A stretch of DNA of 32,000 nt. Source: Nitrosospira multiformis ATCC 25196. GTDB taxonomy: Bacteria; Pseudomonadota; Gammaproteobacteria; Burkholderiales; Nitrosomonadaceae. The DNA is taken from assembly GCF_000196355.1 (NCBI RefSeq), contig NC_007614.1, positions 1,680,001 through 1,712,000 on the forward strand. Direction: 5' to 3'. The translations under genes and the position numbers were made by a program. Of this stretch, positions 28,278 through 32,000 are shown in pieces (position 1 is the first letter of the stretch; every line of letters begins with the position of its first letter). A model generated the notes under the pieces. That model searched no databases, was not told the origin of the DNA, and saw nothing but the letters and a program-made list of their open reading frames with translations.

Positions 28278-29372
28278 ATGATGTTGACAATACCGACCGA
28301 GCCGATCGGAAGCATCCCCCGTCCTCTCGAGCTCATCCAGGCCATTGAGAGCAAGGGTTGGAACCCGCGGATGGATCCCGCACTTGATCACCTATATGAA
28401 GCAGCAATAATAGAAACTATCAGAAGATTTGAAGCGACGGGGTCCCCTGTTATAACCGACGGCGAACAGCGTAAATATCACAACTTTTGGACATATTGTG
28501 TCGACGGGCTGGAAAATACGACACCGGAAGGCTTTATTATCCCCTTCTCCGCAGGACATAGTCGAAGGATGCCAATGTTGAAGGAAGGACCATTTCGGTA
28601 TCGCATATATGCGGATTATTATCTCGAAACAGCCATGCGTTACACAAATCTACCTGTAAAACAGGCTGTTATTTCCCCCTCTGCATTAAGTTTAATGTAC
28701 CCCCCCCATGAAATCGAGGGATACTCCCGGGATCAGTTTATCGAGGATTTATTGAACGAACACGAAACCGAGGTTCGACGCTGCCTCCATAAAGGGGCGC
28801 ACAAAGTCCAGATCGATTTTACCGAGGGGCGCCTGGCACTTAAAATTGACCCCACAGGAAGACTTCTGGATAGTTTTATTGATCTTAATAATATGGCGCT
28901 ATCCCGATTTAATTCAGATGAGCTTTCCAGAATAGGCGTGCACACATGTCCTGGAGGCGACCGCGATTCTACGCACAGTGCCGATATCGACTATTCTCAA
29001 CTCTTGCCAAAGTTGTTTCAGTTGAAGGCAAAAAACTTTTATATAGCCTTTTCTGGCGAGAAAGACCGTCTGCGTATCCTTAACATGATTCGGGCCCATC
29101 TTAAGCCGGATCAGAAAGTTTTCATTGGAGTAACCTCCCCAATCAACCCAGAGGTGGAGCGGCCGGAGCACATCTGTGATCTTATCCTGGAAGCAGCGGA
29201 GTTCATTCCGGTTGAGCAGCTGGGAACAACTGATGATTGCGGTTTTTCGCCTTTTTGTGATGATATCTCTACCACCAGGGAGACAGCATTTGCGAAAATT
29301 GCAGCACGGGTGCAAGGTACGGCACTTGCATCCAGCATACTCAGCGGAATTGCACAATCGTGCACTTCTTGA
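28278..29372 (+). CDS. short MetE-like protein (cobalamin-independent methionine synthase catalytic domain family)
   Basis: PTEPIGSIPRP N-terminus, GVHTCPGGD (HxC zinc ligands), and LGTTDDCGFSPFCDD near the C-terminus. The listed ORF opens with TTG at 28269; ATG codons at 28278 and 28281 are likelier starts. Confidence 0.85.
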   Translation: MMLTIPTEPIGSIPRPLELIQAIESKGWNPRMDPALDHLYEAAIIETIRRFEATGSPVITDGEQRKYHNFWTYCVDGLENTTPEGFIIPFSAGHSRRMPMLKEGPFRYRIYADYYLETAMRYTNLPVKQAVISPSALSLMYPPHEIEGYSRDQFIEDLLNEHETEVRRCLHKGAHKVQIDFTEGRLALKIDPTGRLLDSFIDLNNMALSRFNSDELSRIGVHTCPGGDRDSTHSADIDYSQLLPKLFQLKAKNFYIAFSGEKDRLRILNMIRAHLKPDQKVFIGVTSPINPEVERPEHICDLILEAAEFIPVEQLGTTDDCGFSPFCDDISTTRETAFAKIAARVQGTALASSILSGIAQSCTS

Positions 29373-29581
29373 AATAGATTATCGAAAAGCACGTATCAGA
29401 CCAGGTCCTGCCATTAAATATGTTGATTTTGGCACCTGGCTTAACCTCCTGATGCCATCCTCTCTCATTAATCGAGCTTGATGGACGGGGAAGAGGCAAG
29501 TCTTGTACAGGCCACTTCTGGCAAACCCGGCTCGGGGCGCACTACCCTGCCTGAGACAGAGCCATTATTTTTTCTTATAAG

Positions 29582-30472
29582 ATGCGCCGCTGGATCCTGA
29601 TCGGGATTTTTTTCTTTTCCTCCTGCATTGCTGTCATCCTGCTGACAGCCCTTGGAGTGGGCGAACTCCTGTCCGGAGCAGTACCCACTGCAGTAAATAC
29701 GCTCTCGATCGATTTGCCAGTCGAACCGGTGGAGATTCCCATCTACACTGATGCCCACGGAGCAAGCTCGGACGTGCATGGATGGCTGGTGCACGGAATA
29801 CGCGGACGAGGAATGGTACTGCTGGTTCATTCTCTCAGGAGCAACCGGGTGGAAATGCTGAGTCGTGCCCGGTTTTTGAACCGGCAGGGATATGGCGCCC
29901 TCCTCATCGATCTTCGGGCGCACGGTGAAACGGCGGGAGAACGTATCACCTTCGGTGTCCAGGAAGCTGAAGATGTGGAAGCGGCTATCGCCTGGCTGCG
30001 TAATACTTTTTCCGGCGAGCGAATCGGCGCCATTGGTGTCTCGCTTGGTGCAGCCGCGATTGTACTCGCGAAAAATCCACCGCGGCTCGATGCCGTGGTG
30101 CTTGAATCCCTCCATCCCACCATCGATGAAGCAGTGGACAACCGCCTCAGACTTCACCTTGGAAGCTTCGGTCCGGTTTTCTCCCCCTTGCTGCTATGGC
30201 AGCTCTCCTTTCGTCTCGATGTAAATCCCGACGAATTGAATCCCATCGACCGCATCGGTAATCTCAACTCGCCCCTTCTGTTGATTTCAGGAACTGACGA
30301 TCGGCATACGACAGTAGCAGAAACCGAAAGGCTGTTTGCTGCTGCCCGTCAGCCAAAAGAATTATGGATCGTTCCGGGTGGAGGGCATTTCAATATGCAC
30401 ACCTACGCAGGCAGGGAATACGAGAATCGCATACTGGATTTTCTGGAACGGTATTTGCCCAGGCGAAACTGA
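29582..30472 (+). CDS. alpha/beta hydrolase, membrane-anchored or exported
   Basis: N-terminal hydrophobic segment, HSLRSNRVEMLSRARFLNRQGYGALLIDLRAHGETAGE, nucleophile elbow GVSLGAAA, and late acid/base region GTDDRHT...PGGGHFN. Confidence 0.9.
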   Translation: MRRWILIGIFFFSSCIAVILLTALGVGELLSGAVPTAVNTLSIDLPVEPVEIPIYTDAHGASSDVHGWLVHGIRGRGMVLLVHSLRSNRVEMLSRARFLNRQGYGALLIDLRAHGETAGERITFGVQEAEDVEAAIAWLRNTFSGERIGAIGVSLGAAAIVLAKNPPRLDAVVLESLHPTIDEAVDNRLRLHLGSFGPVFSPLLLWQLSFRLDVNPDELNPIDRIGNLNSPLLLISGTDDRHTTVAETERLFAAARQPKELWIVPGGGHFNMHTYAGREYENRILDFLERYLPRRN

Positions 30473-30597
30473 TGCACTGATCTGACTGTTAATTGTGCGA
30501 TCGCCTCTTGTCGCCCGTAGCAGATGACTTTAGCGATAAAGCGATAAGGAAAAGTCCCCATTGCCCGCAAAGAAACTTGCGGCGCCGGCAGCAGTTT

Positions 30598-31638
30598 TTA
30601 GAATGGAGTCAGGAAAGACACGCCGCTCGCCCCCACAGCGGAGCCATTTTGAAGTCGATGTGCAAAAAGATTCCCTCGCGCTTCCCTGTCGTCACCCATT
30701 ACGCGCGCAACCCTGCTCTTATGGAAGCTCGCGAGTTGTTTCCGGAACGGGATAACAAACGGCAGCCGGCTCTCGTACTGCGCCCCATACAGCGCTCCAT
30801 GCAGCTTCGGCAACTCGTGCCAGGGCGCGGTGGGCCGGCTGTGATGGGCGTTATGATAGCCAAAATTCAGAGTAATGAGATTCAACCATGGATGTCTGGT
30901 CGAAACCGGATTGCTGAATGTGTGGGCCTGCTCATAATCCCGGTCACCCCGGGATCTTACCAATTCCGCATCATTATCGAACCCTATAATGATGTCATAA
31001 TTATGCTGAAGCGCATCCATGAAACGCAGGATTGTCAGAAACATGATATGGGCGATCAGGTAACACAGATAGGCAAGTGGAGAATGCACGAATAGCATCA
31101 CAAGCAAGCTGAATCGGACAAGAATGATTCGGGCTGTGCGAAGCCGTTGATCTTTCTTCTCCCTGAAGATGAAGGGTGCAAAAATGAGCACGCCGTGCAT
31201 CAGAAGCTCTATAGCGGGCACATAAAGCCACTCCAGCGCTTCCATCAATTTACGTTGGATGGGATGGCGGACAAGATAACCTCTATAGTCGAACTCAACC
31301 ACATCTGCATTATCGACATGATGCCGCATATGCTTTTCCCGCAAATCCTTGAAAGTGCCATAGCACCCTCCGGTCAACCAGTTCAGCATGCTACCCAGCA
31401 GCGCATTATGCCGCGATGATTTGAACAGCGTATTGTGTCCACACTCGTGAATCAGGTACGAGGCAATTACCATACCGTGGGCCAAAGCAAATGTGCCGAT
31501 TACCATAAGAACCGGGTGCAGGGACAGGATAAGTCCGAGTCCTCCCAGATAGCTCAAATGACAATAAAGCAAGGCAGAAACGTTCGGAAGCAAGCTCCCT
31601 TTACAGCGAAAGTACGTTTCTTCGATTTTCGTGAGCAT
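30598..31638 (-). CDS. fatty acid desaturase family protein
   Basis: Three histidine boxes: HECGHN, REKHMRHHVD and FGYHNAHHSRP, with intervening hydrophobic segments. Confidence 0.92.
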   Translation of the reverse strand: MLTKIEETYFRCKGSLLPNVSALLYCHLSYLGGLGLILSLHPVLMVIGTFALAHGMVIASYLIHECGHNTLFKSSRHNALLGSMLNWLTGGCYGTFKDLREKHMRHHVDNADVVEFDYRGYLVRHPIQRKLMEALEWLYVPAIELLMHGVLIFAPFIFREKKDQRLRTARIILVRFSLLVMLFVHSPLAYLCYLIAHIMFLTILRFMDALQHNYDIIIGFDNDAELVRSRGDRDYEQAHTFSNPVSTRHPWLNLITLNFGYHNAHHSRPTAPWHELPKLHGALYGAQYESRLPFVIPFRKQLASFHKSRVARVMGDDREARGNLFAHRLQNGSAVGASGVSFLTPF

Positions 31639-31730
31639 GGTTTATAACTCTCAACAGTTATGCCTTCGCGTCTCCGCCGGCCGAAAACAAGCCGCCCATA
31701 GAGAACATGTCGAATCTAATACGTCAATTA

Positions 31731-31776
31731 TACATGTAAAAATACATGTATATGTGTACTATTTTGCCGCTATAAT
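31731..31776 (+). promoter_or_regulatory. candidate operator/promoter between divergent genes
   Basis: Two copies of palindromic TACATGTA (31731-31738 and 31743-31750) upstream of TATAAT (31771-31776), between the desaturase and the divergent ORF at 31821. Confidence 0.4.
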
Positions 31777-31820
31777 CAAGCCCATGGTTCTAAAGCAAAG
31801 GAAAGAAAGAGAAAGTAAAA

Positions 31821-32000
31821 ATGACCGGACTTTATAAGCAGTCAAACGCCCGGCGACGCCAGTTCGTTCAGCTGCTGACGGATCTCGACGAGTACTGGAT
31901 AGAGGTTCTGGGGAACAAGCTTTTTCACGACTTGAACTACTACGACCTTTTCACCCAGATGTGGCTCAAGATTAACAGTTCGGAGGACGATACCTTCCGC
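31821..32000 (+). CDS. hypothetical protein, 5' end of a gene running off the window
   Basis: Open frame MTGLYKQSNARRRQFVQLLTDLDEYWIEVLGNKLFHDLNYYDLFTQMWLKINSSEDDTFR to the window edge, with an AGGAAAG-type upstream sequence. Family not identified. Confidence 0.7.
   Translation, partial: MTGLYKQSNARRRQFVQLLTDLDEYWIEVLGNKLFHDLNYYDLFTQMWLKINSSEDDTFR

Noticed and set aside
1-32000. CRISPR arrays, tRNA/rRNA genes, prophage or toxin-antitoxin/defence modules
   Set aside because: Looked for regularly spaced repeats, cas-like proteins, tRNA-like cloverleaf ends and phage structural or lysis proteins. None were found.

Overview
The window looks like a betaproteobacterial chromosome segment, possibly from a Nitrosospira-like ammonia oxidiser; this taxonomic call is inferred from protein style only. 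Left end: pirin/LysR pair, zinc alcohol dehydrogenase, PEP-CTERM protein, a three-gene set ordered like the p-cresol methylhydroxylase locus pchC-pchX-pchF, and a large autotransporter. Middle: a stress-flavoured region with DUF4142 protein, hemerythrin, KGG-repeat protein, SDR, ABC exporter and three small Gly/Ser-rich secreted proteins. Right end: three hybrid histidine kinases (two are tandem paralogues), a short MetE-like protein, an alpha/beta hydrolase and a fatty acid desaturase. The best-resolved structural event is a complete IS3-family element (12701..13943, imperfect inverted repeats of about 46 bp, 4-bp AGAT target duplication). It is inserted in a metallo-beta-lactamase-fold hydrolase gene, and removing it in silico restores the reading frame exactly. 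I saw no CRISPR array, tRNA, rRNA, prophage or recognisable defence system. The most interesting items are the pch-like cluster, the IS-interrupted hydrolase, the Gly/Ser-rich protein family and the kinase duplication with apparent loss of a PAS domain.
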